Shown piece after piece: positions 47,755-60,650 of a DNA stretch of 64,000 nt. The translations under genes were made by a program, and so were the position numbers. Source of the stretch: Guillardia theta CCMP2712. Lineage: Eukaryota; Protista; Cryptophyta. The first letter of the stretch is position 1; every line of letters begins with the position of its first letter. The notes under the pieces are model-generated. The model had not been told where the DNA came from, did no database searches, and was given only the letters and a program-made list of their open reading frames with translations. Location: contig NW_005434598.1 in the NCBI RefSeq assembly GCF_000315625.1, positions 214,809-278,808 on the forward strand, read 5' to 3'.

Positions 47755-49657
47755 GAATGGAATGTGATGAGACAATCAAAATAATAGAAGATTCGCTCTA
47801 TTCTGCCCGGCGTTCAAACCCAGGAGGAAGCGAGAAGCGATGGGCGGAGGGCAGATATGTTGAGCTGGCAGTGGGTTCGATCAAAAGTAGGAAGTTGTCA
47901 AACAATAGCCCACGATTGGGAATAGGCTCTCGAGCTGGTAAGAGAATCTCCTACCACGCGATGTAGCTCGATTCCAATAACTCAGTTTCAAATTTCCCCA
48001 GCCACAGTTAGAGCAAACCAAGTAGGCAGATCAAGTTCCCTCGACCCAGAAAGAGGAGAAGAGAACGGGTCGGAACAGAGAGCACACGAGAACAAGTGAG
48101 TGTGGGAGGGGGGAGGAAGGGGCAGGAAGGGGGAGGCAGACAGTAGCACAGGTAGCAAGCGCACGTTCAGAGCACAAGTTTGGCACAGGGTCCGCTGGAG
48201 AAGGAAGCCAGAGGGGTACTGTTGGGAAGCGGGTGACCGACATAGGTAGGGTACTAGTTTATGACCCGTGTAAATGACATGAAACAAGGGGGTATAGATC
48301 CCAAGAGGTGTTCAGAAGTAGGGGTACTTTCTATTCAAATGGGGTGTGGAAAGCGATAAAGTGCAGGGATATTTTTTCAAGTAGGGTACCCCTTAAAAGG
48401 GTGGTGGTGAAGAAGTACCCCTGATATACCCCTGCCCAACCCTGTTTATAAAGGGAATTCATGGGGTGATAGCAACTTGTTCGATCTGCAGAATGGGGGT
48501 AGGGGGTGGGGGTGGTATTTGGGGTACTGCAGTTCAGAAGGGAGTATTAAATTATCAGGACCGGTGGGGTGTAAGTTTCTATTTAGATCTTTTTCTTAAG
48601 GGTGGGGGTCATTACCGTACCCCAGGGAGGCAGGATGTCAGGTTGTCCTCGTACTGATTTTTAACTTAATTTTGAGTAAAAGTCAGGTGCCCGGGCCAGT
48701 CACGGTCAGGGCCCGGCTACCGCGGACGCGGGGTGGCCGCGGCACTGCCGCTGTGCGGCCCGGCCCGGCCCGCCGGGCACGCGGCAGCCGGCAGCGGCCC
48801 CCCCGGGGGGCCATCCCGGCGGCGGAGTCCTGGGCCAGTGCAGTGTAGCGCGGCGGCTGCGCCGCTCGCACCGGGCCGGGCTGTCACTGTGTCGGACGGT
48901 CCCGGCGATCATGTGATGCGGCCGCCGGGATCGGACTCTGAGGCCCGGCCCCCGGTCCCATCATCGGATTCCACTGAAGTCACAGTGCCGCCGCGCTGGC
49001 TCCGACGAACTTCCGGGGGGTTACTAGAATCAGGCCTCGGTGCCTCCGGGGAGCCGTCCGAGGGCCGTCAGTGACTTCAAGTTCGGGGACCGGACTTGAG
49101 GTCGCCTGAGGCTGCCGCAGGCTAGTGCCGGGGGTGCTATACGGCACTCGCGGTACCCTACCATAGCACGAGAGCGGAATACAGAGGTGGGTGGGGGGTG
49201 GGGGTGATATTATTTCGTTTCTTTTAGAGGAGCCAGGGGTAGGTCCTGTGTTACTCTAAAAGACTGAGTACCGGTCTTTTTGTATGAATCTTGGTATCAA
49301 AGGGGGTGGGGTATGTGATCCCATTCAGCGGAGGCATCCGCGGTCTAATGTTAGGGGATGGAAGGGACGAGACACAAGCCATGATGGTTGGAGGACAGAG
49401 GAGAGGAAGGGAGCTGCTTGCTTCTTGCTTGTGAGGGGAGGGGGATGGAGAAGGGGGAGAAGGATTGACGGCTGGCACTTGGAGTGAGAGAGGGGAGGAG
49501 AGCGGGGGGGAGGGGAGGGGATAGATACAGGGAGACTCAGGGAGACAAGGAGAGCTGTGCGTAAAGCGCTACAAATACTTTGATATCTGAGGTGTACTAA
49601 TGACTTGTGTTGAATCCTAATCGCCTGTTTCTTAGAGGCATCGTGTGCGAATACTCC

Positions 49658-52600
49658 ATGGCAACGTCTTCAAAATTTTCTCTTCATGGGAAATTTTCGC
49701 GTTCGATGGATGTATCTCCCACGCCCTCACCAGGTATTCCAGAATGAACTGTATACATTCATGTGCGGTTGACATTGGGCCTCAGTCGCAACCCCGAGGA
49801 ATGGAGCATCTCCCCTTTCTCACAATCAGACGCTAGATCACGAGGTTTCGTTCCATCGGTATGTTACGTGTCTGCCTCTCGCAGCAACAAGGCTGAGGTG
49901 TTGTGCTAGCTACTTTTCCATGGGAGCGCATGGCCTCGCTAGAAGTTTTTCCAACATGTCAAAGTGAGACACGACAGGATGGTGATCCATTGGTTCATGG
50001 TGATTTGAACCTCTCAGATGGCAAGAGTCCTTCGTCTCCATGTGGCTCGCTTCACTGATCCTGCACGTCCATCCTAAGAAGCAGGTGCCAGAGCGTTGCG
50101 TGTGCTCACTGCCTGCCACTCACTTGCTCCTCCCTTGTCCTGTCTTCCTCGTGCCTTCCTCACCTCATCCTCCTCCTGCTTCCTGCTGACAGTCTGTTGT
50201 TTGTTGGCTTGTCGTGATCTCCACCTTGATCATTCTGATCCATTTGGTTTCACAACAGCCCAGAGCCATCGGATTCCTGATTGCGCGACATGTTCGGGCT
50301 GTTGCTCATGTTGTGTTGAAAGCATTGGTTGATAATGCAAGATATCAACGGGAGAAGAGCCATGCTCATGCAAAAGCAAAGAGACACTTTGTTCAGCAGA
50401 CCAGTAATGATCCGTTGACTCACAATGATCGGCTGACTCTGTGACAAGGTGTTGTTTTCTTCGAAAACTGGATGTCCAAATACAGGACAATGCGGTGATG
50501 CGGAATCGGCTCAGGACAGCCGTTTGTCGCTGGCTTCGAGAAGAGCTGCAGACCATCTACGGAGCTTGGAAGGATCAGTGCTTGTTCACGCGGTTGGTAA
50601 ACGAGCTCCTGTCTCTCCGTCTGACCTGTGCTGCCAACAGTCACTTGGCGTTGGCGTATGATCGCGTGGAGGTGAAAGCGAAGGATTCCAGCATGAGAGG
50701 CGCCATGAAGGACTGGATGAGATTTGTCGAGATGCAGGAGATGAAGAGAAAGACCATCACAAGAATCGTGCAAAGGGGGCAGGTGAATCTCGCCAGTTCC
50801 AGCTCGACGTGCGATGACGTCATGCCGAATATCAGGAACGACGGGAACTGAAAGTGCTCAACCTCTGGTTTCAAGTGACCGGGTCATTAGCAATCCTCAA
50901 CCATCTCACAAAGCAAGGAAGAAACCGACATCTCCATGCAGTCAAGAGCTGGGGATTCCAGGTGAGCACCTCACAGACCACACCCGCTGAAAGATGCGTG
51001 ATGTGTTTGAACAGAGTTGGCAAGCGATTCGACAGAAAGCTCTCAAGGCCATCGCTATGATGGACCGTTCAAACTCCAAATGGAATAGAGAGTTAGTGAG
51101 CTATGTGCTCAGAGAGTGGGCCGAGTCCATTCGGTATGCGAGTGTGTTGAGTTTGCGGTGGTCGTTTGATCGCCTTTGGCAGGTCCAAGAAACTTCGCAA
51201 GAGCCGATCGTTGTTTTTGATTCACAAGCAGGTCTCACTTGTAGTGATCTCCGACCCTCCTGACTCTCCACCAGAACTTTGCAGTCAAGAAGAAAGCGAT
51301 TGTCTTCTGGAGCCAAGAATCACACGCCAAGAAAAGATTGAACATGATACACATTATCATCCGATGGAAAGCTGGAAGGACGCTTGTGAAACAGATCTTC
51401 AAGGTTTGAATCAGCTGCTTCCCAAAGCTTCGTCTGATTGGTTTGTGCGTCAGCGATTAAGAAGCAATGCTGATGAAGAAAGAGAGAGATTTTCAAGGTA
51501 CAGGAAAATCGTTGCTAGACAAGTGGTACAGGACCAGAAATCTGCCTTCAGGAATTGGCAATTGCACTACAATGACCTGAAGGTCTGCGCTTTCCTTGCA
51601 AGTGAATTTCGCTCACCTTGACATAGCATCTAAACCTCATGCATGACCGCATCCAATCCAAAACTTCTCGCAACACCTACAAAGAATTTCTTCATCTGTG
51701 GACCTTCGTCGTCAACAAAACGTCAAAACTCATCAAGTTGCATTCCAAATTATCTTCGAAGAACAAGTATAGGCTTTTAACTGAATTCCTTCGAGAATGG
51801 AATGCACAGGTGCGAGCACTGACGCATGTTTCGATCAAACTGAGAGTTAGCAGGCGGTGCTGTCATCGACCAACCGCAATTTATCTCTTGCAAGCTTTCA
51901 AAAGGGGCGATTCTTTGGTTCCAAGTCACGTGAACGAGCTTTCAACGCCTGGACAAGCTTGCTGGCATACTTGCGAAGAACCTCTTCGTACACGTGGAGA
52001 GTGCTGAGGTATCGAGTGCAGTCAAGGGCTTTCCAGCAATGGTCGCTTACGGCTAAAGTCCTTCACTTTCAAATCTTGAGCTACAACAGGATGATTCAAA
52101 GACGCAATGTAACTTCTCCCTCCCTCCCTCACTCCCTCGCTNNNNNNNNNNNNNNNNNNNNNNNNNNNNNNNNNNNNNNNNNNNNNNNNNNNNNNNNNNN
52201 NNNNNNNNNNNNNNNNNNNNNNNNNNNNNNNNNNNNNNNNNCCTCTCTCTCCTCCTTCTCTCCTCCTTCCTTCCTCCTCCTCTCCTCCTACCTACCTCCT
52301 ACCTCCTCCCTCCCTCCCTCCCTCCCTCCCTCCCTCCATTCCTCCTCAACAAAGGCATCGCTTCAGACTGACACTTTGTCATAGAACGCAATGGTGAGCC
52401 AGGTGTTCGATGACTGGGTGCAGTCGCACAGTCACAACGTGGTCCGGGCCAACAAGCTAATGGGCCTGATGAGCCGGTGGGATCAGCGAACGTTGTTCCA
52501 TGCCTTCCAAGCCTGTGGCGCTTTCACAGGATGGAGCAAAAAGGTTCGTGATGTGATCTCAATGGGGACTGAACGCAGAAGCAACGAGCGGGGAAGACTC

Positions 52601-55000
52601 GCTCTCTCCCTGTGGTCGAGCTACAGCTCAAACCAGCGACGCCTCTTCACTCATGCAAGGCAGCTGGCGGCCAGAGTGACGGCGCGAAAAACCATCAGAC
52701 TGTTTGCAGTTTGGCACAAGTTTGCAAGAGAGAGCAAGAAGTTGGAGGTGTCGTTGAGCAGAGCTCAACTGCGACACGAGAAGAGAATGTTGCTTGCTTG
52801 CTTTCAGGTCTGGGTAGAAATCACTTCAGACACCAGTGTCAAAGCGCTTGCTATCAGCAGAAAAGATGCCAAGTACTTGTACCAACTCAGCCAAAGCATG
52901 TTCCAGTATTGGTGCTTTGTGACCGAAGAGGTCAAATCAAACCTGAAAAAGAACGCAAAGGCATATTCATACTTCGAACAAAACTCTTACTTCAAGTTCT
53001 TTGAAAGATGGCTGCAATCGTACCATTGGTACATCAAGATCAAACATTTGAAACTCCGTGTCCAATCGTCTCGCATCTTTCATGTTACGGACGATCACTT
53101 CTCAGAGTGGCTCAACATCACGCTCAGGAAAAGGGCACTTGCAATTCATCAGTCCGCCGTTGCAAAGAAGAACAAGAAGGCGCTGTTTCAAGACAGCTTT
53201 CAGACTTGGTTCGCAGAGAAATGCAGACTGCGCAAATGTCGGAATGGGTTGATTAACCTCTCTGAGAGGATGATGACGAACAGCAAGAAGTTTCACTTCG
53301 ATGAATGGACACTGGACACCTCCATGATCGCAAGGCACAGCAGACTGTCTGCCATCCGCTTTGAGAAGTACTGCGAGGGAATAGTCTCCGATGTGTTCGA
53401 TGAATGGAAAGCCGTGATGAGATGTATTGTGGCGCAATCCAAAGGTGTCGAGAGGATAAGTGCGAGGTACGCACACAAAGTCCTCCGTGCGTTCCTCGTC
53501 AGCTGGACGTTGTTTGTGGACGACAGTTCCTCAGACAAGTCAAAAGTCTCCAAGTGCGACAGGAAGAGGTTGTTCAGGAGCTGCAGGAACGTCCTGATCG
53601 GCTGGATGGAGCAAGCGCGATGCCTGCGCGTCAACTGGCAGAAGTGCATAGCGATGAGCAACAGGCTGGAACGAAAGCGCCTGAGGTCCAACTTCGTCAT
53701 CTGGAGCGAGTATACCCGGCAGACCATCGACCAGGTGCAGTCGATCGAGAAGTTCATCCTGCGACAGTCCAACGGCATGTTCAACTTGTACATGCAAGAA
53801 TGGTTCGATGCTGTCAACACGTGGAAGCAGCTGCGCAGCAAGGTCGCGCTGTATCAGCGCCGAGCTGACGCAGGGAGGAAGCACAAGGTGCTGCTCCTGT
53901 TGTGGAGCCTCGTCGTCGACAGCCGAAATGTCCGCAAGGTGGAGGAGCGAAGGAAGAGAGGAGCCCTGTCCCTCGCCGCGTCCTCGTGGGGTCAGACGGC
54001 AAGGAGCCTCGAGCATTGTCGCAAGGGGGTAGAGAAGATGATTCTGCGCCATGAGCGACGGCTCTTCCTCTGCTGCTTCGACGGATGGTGAGAACTTGGC
54101 ATGCTTCGATGTTGTCAGTGACTCGTGAGGCAGGCGCGACGAGCTGGCCTACCTGAAGAGCGCCTACAGCCGCGCACAGACGGTGCAGACGAGGACGATG
54201 ACGACGAGGGCGGGGCAGGCAGTGCGGCAGCTGGTGGACCATGCGAGGAAACAGAGGCGGCACAGGAGAATGCTCGTGACCCACTCCCGTCGGTGGTACC
54301 TGATCCGCCTCAAGAACTCGTTCGAGTCCTGGCACCACTGGCACGGCAAGAAGATGGCAGTTAAGGTGAAGTCCCTGTAATGCTGTGGAAGCTCAACACC
54401 CCTCCTCCTGTTCTCGTCCTCCTCTTCTTGCTCTTCCCCCGCCCCCTCCTCTTGTTTTCTTGCTGGCTACCTCGACCTGCTCTTCCTCTACCTCCTCCTG
54501 CTCTTCCTCTACCTCCTCCTGCTCTTCCTCTACCCCTCTCGATCGTTGGATCTCTCCAGTCCTCTTACGATATTCTCCATAACTCTCCCTGGCTCCTCAT
54601 CTCCTCACTCGTTTCCCAGGGCGTGCTTGACCAAGTTGTCGACATGATGTAAGCACCTCCTACCACAAACATCTCCGAATCCTCCCCATCCTCCTGCTCC
54701 TTCTCTTCCCTTTCCTCTCCCTCGTCTTAGTTCTTCCTCCTCGTCCCCCTCTTCATCGACAGTTGCCGGGCAATCAGCATTCTCTTGCTTTCAGTCATAG
54801 CTCCTACGTATATTTACATCGCTCTGCTGCATTTCTCTCGAATATTTTACACTCTCCTCCTCGCCTGCACCTTTCAAGCTCTGGCGGGCTCGAAAGTAGT
54901 CACCTGCGAAAGATCAGAAGAGGCAGAAGAAGACGCACGGGGAGAAGGAGAGGACGAGGAGGACGAGGAAGAGGACGAGGACGAGGATGAGGACGAGGAA

Positions 55001-55041
<41 letters not shown>

Positions 55042-55380
55042 AAGCCTCACTTGGAACTGCTTCCTGTCCTCGTAGTCGTTGAGAGGAAGTCCCTGGCAGG
55101 AAGTAAGCGGAAATCGTCGGGGCAAACAACTTGTCTTACTCCATTCCAAGCATCTCGTTCCTTGTTCCAGTTGCTATCACATGCTGTCATGAACACTGCA
55201 AGCAATCTCCCCAGCTCCATTCCCATTCTGTTTCCCATTTTCTGTCCCTCCCTCCCTCCTTCCCTCCCTCCCTCCCTTCTCCTGTCTCTTCCTTGTTCTT
55301 GTGATCATCTTCGAGTTACCTGCTAGTCAAGTCCACGTCTCCTTTCGTCCTGCCATGGCACGTCAGCAACTGTTGACGAT
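49658..55380 (+). CDS. Large Sfi1-like Trp-repeat (centrin-binding-type) protein, multi-exon; ends approximate
   Basis: Many LxxxFxxW-type repeats in a basic helical context (SQVFDDW, IRLFAVW, LLACFQVW, QDSFQTW, SDVFDEW, LRSNFVIW, KNSFESW). Confidence 0.7.
52142..52241. other. Assembly gap (100 N)
   Basis: Run of N. Confidence 1.
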
Positions 55381-55405
55381 TGAGGATGAAGGAAACACGC
55401 CAGAG

Positions 55406-55505
55406 NNNNNNNNNNNNNNNNNNNNNNNNNNNNNNNNNNNNNNNNNNNNNNNNNNNNNNNNNNNNNNNNNNNNNNNNNNNNNNNNNNNNNNNNNNNNNNN
55501 NNNNN
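55406..55505. other. Assembly gap (100 N)
   Basis: Run of N. Confidence 1.
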
Positions 55506-55627
55506 GGTTTCGAGAGGGGGGTAGAAGGAGCAGGAGCAGAAAAAATCAGGAGGGGGAGTCATTGGGGGAGGAGGATTGAAGTGGGGAGGAGTGGGAAGGA
55601 GAAGGAGAGCGAAGGGGCCGGGGAAAA

Positions 55628-58600
55628 TCACCATGAGCGGAAGCGAACGAAGTACGGGAGTGCACTGCGAACCTTGAGATCGGAGTCAGAGGCGGAGAGA
55701 AAGAGATTGACGAGAAACATGGGCAAATCACAGCTGATAGACAAGATAGAGATTCAACGACATGATCACACCATCGGACAGCTGAGACAAGATACTTCAG
55801 GTTGGCATCGACCCAGTTACATCAAGCTTGACACCGTCACGTCAATCGCTCGCCTGACTCACCACGTCAAAGTCCGGGTCGAGCTGGCGGATCAGACTCT
55901 CGGAGATCGCCATGGTCATCAGCGTGACCTGCAGGAGATCAGCTGGGAAAGATCAACGCACTAAGAGCTACCGCCACGTCACCCCGGAGGACAAGCCCGT
56001 GACCCTGAGAGGAGAGAGCGAGGGAAAGTAAGCAGAAGCAGCAGGAGGAAGAGGAAGGGGAAGAGGAACAGGAACAGGAAGAGGAGGGAGAGAGGAGGAG
56101 GAGGAAGAGGATGGACAATAAGGGATATGTATTTTGTTTTTGAATCAAGAGACAGGGAGCTCTGGAGACAAGGGGATGAAGTTGAAAGAGTTCTCAGCGA
56201 GAACAACGAATTCAAAGAAGTTGAGGGTGGTGAGATCAGACGAAGACAAGAGGACATGGACGAAGAAGACTGAAGAGACAAGAATATGGGCGATGAAGAT
56301 GAAAAAGCAACCAAGAGCAGGATAGAAAGCTTCTCTGTTCTACCTGCATGCAGCGGAGGATCGAACCGATAAGACCTCCCATGTCGATAGGCCCTGAAGG
56401 GAGGAAAACGTCAGGACGAGGGCAGGGGACGAGAAAGATAGTTCTGACCTCCCTCAGGAGAGTGCATCGAGTCGTGGCCAACATATTGTTTCTGTTAATC
56501 GACGGAGGTAAGGAGTTGAACAGCACTGTGAAGGATGTAGAGCAGCAAGGTGGAAGATGAATAGAAGGATTTTTTGCTCATGCAGTTGAGGAGAAGGAGC
56601 AGCAGCAGCAGCAGCAGCATGAGCAGGGGCAGCATGAGCAGGGGCAGGGGCAGGGGCAGGGGCAGGGGCAGGGGCAGGGGCAGGGGCAGGGGCAGGGGCA
56701 GGGGCAGGGGCAGGAGATGAGGATGATGAATATGATCATGGTGGTAGCAGGGACAGGCACTCGTCCAAAGCTCATCAATCTTGAGACAACGCACCATGAC
56801 ATCACTGAGGTCATTGTTGAAAGCTTCCGTGTCAATCTGATAGAAACTCGATGAGAGTCAAGACCAATGCGTTCTGTCGCATACCTTCTCCTTCGGGATC
56901 GTGTTGAATGTGATTAACTTCTCAGAAACCTTGTTGACACGTCAAACTCCGCCTGCTCTCATTGTGCCTTCACCTTGTCGGATCTGCCAGTGCAGATAGA
57001 GTGGAGGAAGTAGCCGAAGGGCTTCGCAGGGAAGTCAGTCAGTCGTCGACGTGTTGACGTGTGTCAAAGTTGGACCTGAGCGATGTCTTCGTTCAAAGCG
57101 GTTGTGAGACCAGCATCGAAGACCTACTGAAAGGTGACAACGAGGAAGAGGGAGAGACGGGAGGGAGAGACGGGAGGGAGAGACGGGAGGGAGGAGGGAG
57201 CGAGAGCAGGGAAGAGGGGGCAAGAGGAAGGATAAGGGGGCGAGTAAGGAGGGGAAGGTGAGCAAGCAGAGACAATTATAGATAGAGGGGAATAGAGGCA
57301 GAAAAGGTGTGTAGCAAGGAAGCGGGGGAGTGGGAGAGGAGGAGTGGGAAAAGAGGAGAAAGTTGATGAGGAGAAGGCAGGTAACGAGCTGATGAGGAGG
57401 AGGCAGGTAGCAGAGAGAGAAGAGCAGAAGACCGCGAGAGTGCCGTCATGAGCAGCCATGAGGTTTCCACCATGCAGATCGCCTGACACACAAGAATCAT
57501 CCAAGCATCCCTCCATCCATCGACTTGAAACAAGTTTGATCAGAGTCGTCACTCACCATGGATGTAGTTGTCACGAAGAAACATCTTCATGTTCATGTCA
57601 AAGATGGCCTGATCAAACAATTGTCAAGCAGCAAACACACGATCGACTGCTCGTCAACTTGTGCCATCTTCTTCTTGGTCGCGTGAACTTCATCGCTGCA
57701 GCAACAACCCTTGAGCAAGATCAAGAACAAGCCTGTCATGTCATGCCTGAAACGTTGATACGTTGCCTTTGCCTTGTCCCCAACCTGATATTTCCGATCA
57801 GTCTCGACAAAAAAGATGTCAAATGCGGAGGGTCAACACCTCGCTGAAGATGTCTTGCACGATTGTTCCGTTTACCCATGTTTCGGTCAAGACGCTGAGA
57901 AGCGACAGGATGAGAGCGAGTGAGAGGAGGAAGAGGAAAAGAAGAGGAGGAGGAGTTGAAGAGGAGGAGGAAGAGGAGGAGGAGGAGGAGTTGAAGAGGA
58001 GGAGGAAGAGGAGGAGGAGGAGGAGTTGAAGAGGAGGACAAGTCGAAGGCGTTGGGGAGGTAGGCAACATCATTGAGGAGAATTTCAAGAGCGAAGCCAG
58101 AGGGACAGTGGGGGAGGAAGGTAAGGGGGACGTAGGAGACCTCGGAGAGACAAGATGAGGAAAAACTTGAGGGAATTTGATGATCTCCTCTCCCTGTGAT
58201 TTCATCCATAAGAATCGACGCGCAGAAATTTGACAAGGTAACGACCTGGAAGTTCCAGTTGAACAGCTGAAGGTTGTAAGCCTCCCAGGTGAGATCCACC
58301 TGAAACAGAACTTTGACTAGCTGAACGTCTCAAGTCATAAAGAAACAGTTCCCACTTGTCTTCTAAGAGCAAGATTGAAAGCATCCTATGCGATCAAGTC
58401 ACCCTGGTTGTCAAAGGACTGACAAAGGATTTGAAAGGAACCTTGTCAAAAGGCTGGGAAGTCTGAAGGAGAGTCTTGCCGACCTTGTTCAACCAAGTCA
58501 GGCACAAAAGAGACGCAGGAGACTCAAACCCAGTCTAGAACGTCAAACAGCAGTCTTGTGTCGTAGTATGTCTCGTGAACGACCTGAGGGTGTCTGACCT

Positions 58601-60650
58601 GTTGCATTCTGGCATCAAACCACTCTGAGTGCTAAGAACAACATAACAATCACCTTCACTGCAACCTCGCGCTGTCCTCCTTCAAGTGCAAACTCGGGTT
58701 TCAACACTCCTTTGTGAACCTTCTCTCTCAAGTCAGACCACAAGGACAACAAGGTTGCATGTTGGACTCATGTTGTACCTGCGCAATAGTGCCGCTTGCA
58801 ACAGGAACTTTATCGAACTCATCGAAAAGTTCCTGTAGACAATCATAAGGAGGAGAAATTACAAAGAAAAACATGTCATCAACCTCAATCGTCCTGCCGA
58901 ACGATTCTTCAATCGCCTTCCTCGTGTACTCGAAATCGTGCGAAGGGGCTGAGAGATGAAACATCAGATACAGGACCATCTCTCCTCGTCATCTTGCCGT
59001 CATTTCTCAGACGAGACAAGGCCTGCAAACATTGTCATTATCATCAACGTCATGATCATCACCCTGACGAAGAATAAAAAAACTCACTCTGATAACATCA
59101 GGTGGAAACAAGTCCGGACGCATTGACAGCCACTGATCAATCAAGATCAAGAACAGTCAATTCGATCAATACAGAACAAAATATTGATCGAAAAAGATTG
59201 TTGGGATGATGTGGAAGAAGAGGATTCTAGAAGACAGCAAGACCTGCCCAAATTTCATGAAGCTGCATCCGGCCTTTTCGAGAGTCTTGACCTGCAAGAT
59301 GCAAGATGAGCATGGATAACATTACAACTCAAAACTTCACAGCTCTAACTGCAATCATCATCATGCACATCAATCATAATACAAAACATCGGACACAACT
59401 GACTTAGTCGAAGTCTCACACTCTACGAGAACAAACATGGTTTACATCTTTACCATCATCTCCAACCAATACTCTCGGAGCCAGGGATCATTCGGGTTCA
59501 AAGTCTGCAATGGCAATAAGTCAGAGGGGTTCGACCATTCAACTTGTAACATCGATCATCTTGAGTAAATAGAAACACTTTCACGCATCTCAATCGTACA
59601 ACCTGAACAAGTGAGACGGCGGTGAAAGGTGCGAACACGATGACAAGGTAGACTGCACGACGAGCAACGATGTAGAGCTGTAGAGATCAAACTTCAGAGT
59701 TCCAGAGAAAAAGCAAGCATCTAATGAGTCACCCGATACCACCATGGCAACCGCTCGAAAGGATGCACATTCCCTTCCTCGCTGGAAATCACAGATGAGT
59801 GCAGGATGACAAGATGAGAAATGACAGGAAAGAACAAAGTGAGATGGAGTGTCAGAACATGGTGAGATGGAAGTTTACACATGGTGAAGAGATAACATGA
59901 TGAACTAAGCCTCAAGCTGATAGCGAGAGCGAGGTAAACGATGGTGACAACAATGGTGGTGACCACAATCCACACCTAGGAGGACGAGGGATAGGCAAAT
60001 CAGCCGTTGTCGGCTCCTTCTTCTTATACCCGAAGATCTGAGAATGCAACATGAGCAAGCCGATCAAAGGAGAACAAGAGAGAGAGGAGGCGCAAGAGGA
60101 GGGGCAAGAGGAGGAGAAAGGGAACTGATTGGACTAACAATCTCTGAAAGCGGGATGTTCTTGTTTGCCACCCAGAGGGCAGCCGCTCCACATGACACGC
60201 CGGCACCGAGGAGAATGTATCTTCGATGAGCATGAGCCTGATAGTAATCCCGACAAGAGAAGTGTTAGACCAACTCGTTCCATGCATCATGACATCTCCA
60301 TACTTGGCTGCTGAAACTGCGGGAGGCCGGCTTGGCTCTGCTAACCATTCCTCTTGCTTTCGCCATCTGTTCATGATGACGAGCTTGTGATGACAAGAAG
60401 GAGAAGGCAATGAAGATCGAGCAGCAGTTCTTACCTTGGATGCTGCCTCCTTCAGCAGTTTGACTCGTGCGTTGGGAGTGTTGCAAAGCACCTGCCACAC
60501 GTCAGCTCCAGGTGTTTACGCTGAGTCAGTGCCACCTGCAACACTCCTCTAGTGTGCATGAAGATCGCCATGAGGATAGTGTCGAATAGTTTGTGATCTC
60601 AGAGCTTCAATGTCAAAGCACTGTCGTGCTCCCTGATGGAAACAACCAAA
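55628..60650 (-). CDS. ABC1/UbiB atypical kinase (ADCK2-like), highly intron-split; 5' end uncertain
   Basis: Exons KAGCSFMKFGQ|WLSMRPDLFP, APSHDFEYTRKAIEESFG, ELFDEFDKVPVASGTIAQ|VHKG..EVAVK, DLTWEAYNLQLF, DLHGGNL, TLMTMAISESLIRQLDPDFDV|VRSALPYF. Confidence 0.85.
56637..56714. repeat. (GGCAGG)n hexamer microsatellite, intronic, G-quadruplex-prone
   Basis: Perfect ggggca run. Confidence 0.9.

Larger units (their letters stand above)
45394..48680. repeat. Outer 36-bp inverted repeat pair (45394-45429 / 48645-48680) bracketing the HMG gene pair
   Basis: tttactcaaagttaagttaaaaatcagtaggaggac vs reverse complement of 48645-48680, tttactcaaaattaagttaaaaatcagtacgaggac: 34/36 identical. Confidence 0.85.

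Noticed and set aside
45394-48680. Autonomous DNA transposon
   Set aside because: No transposase and no target-site duplication; kept only as an inverted-repeat finding
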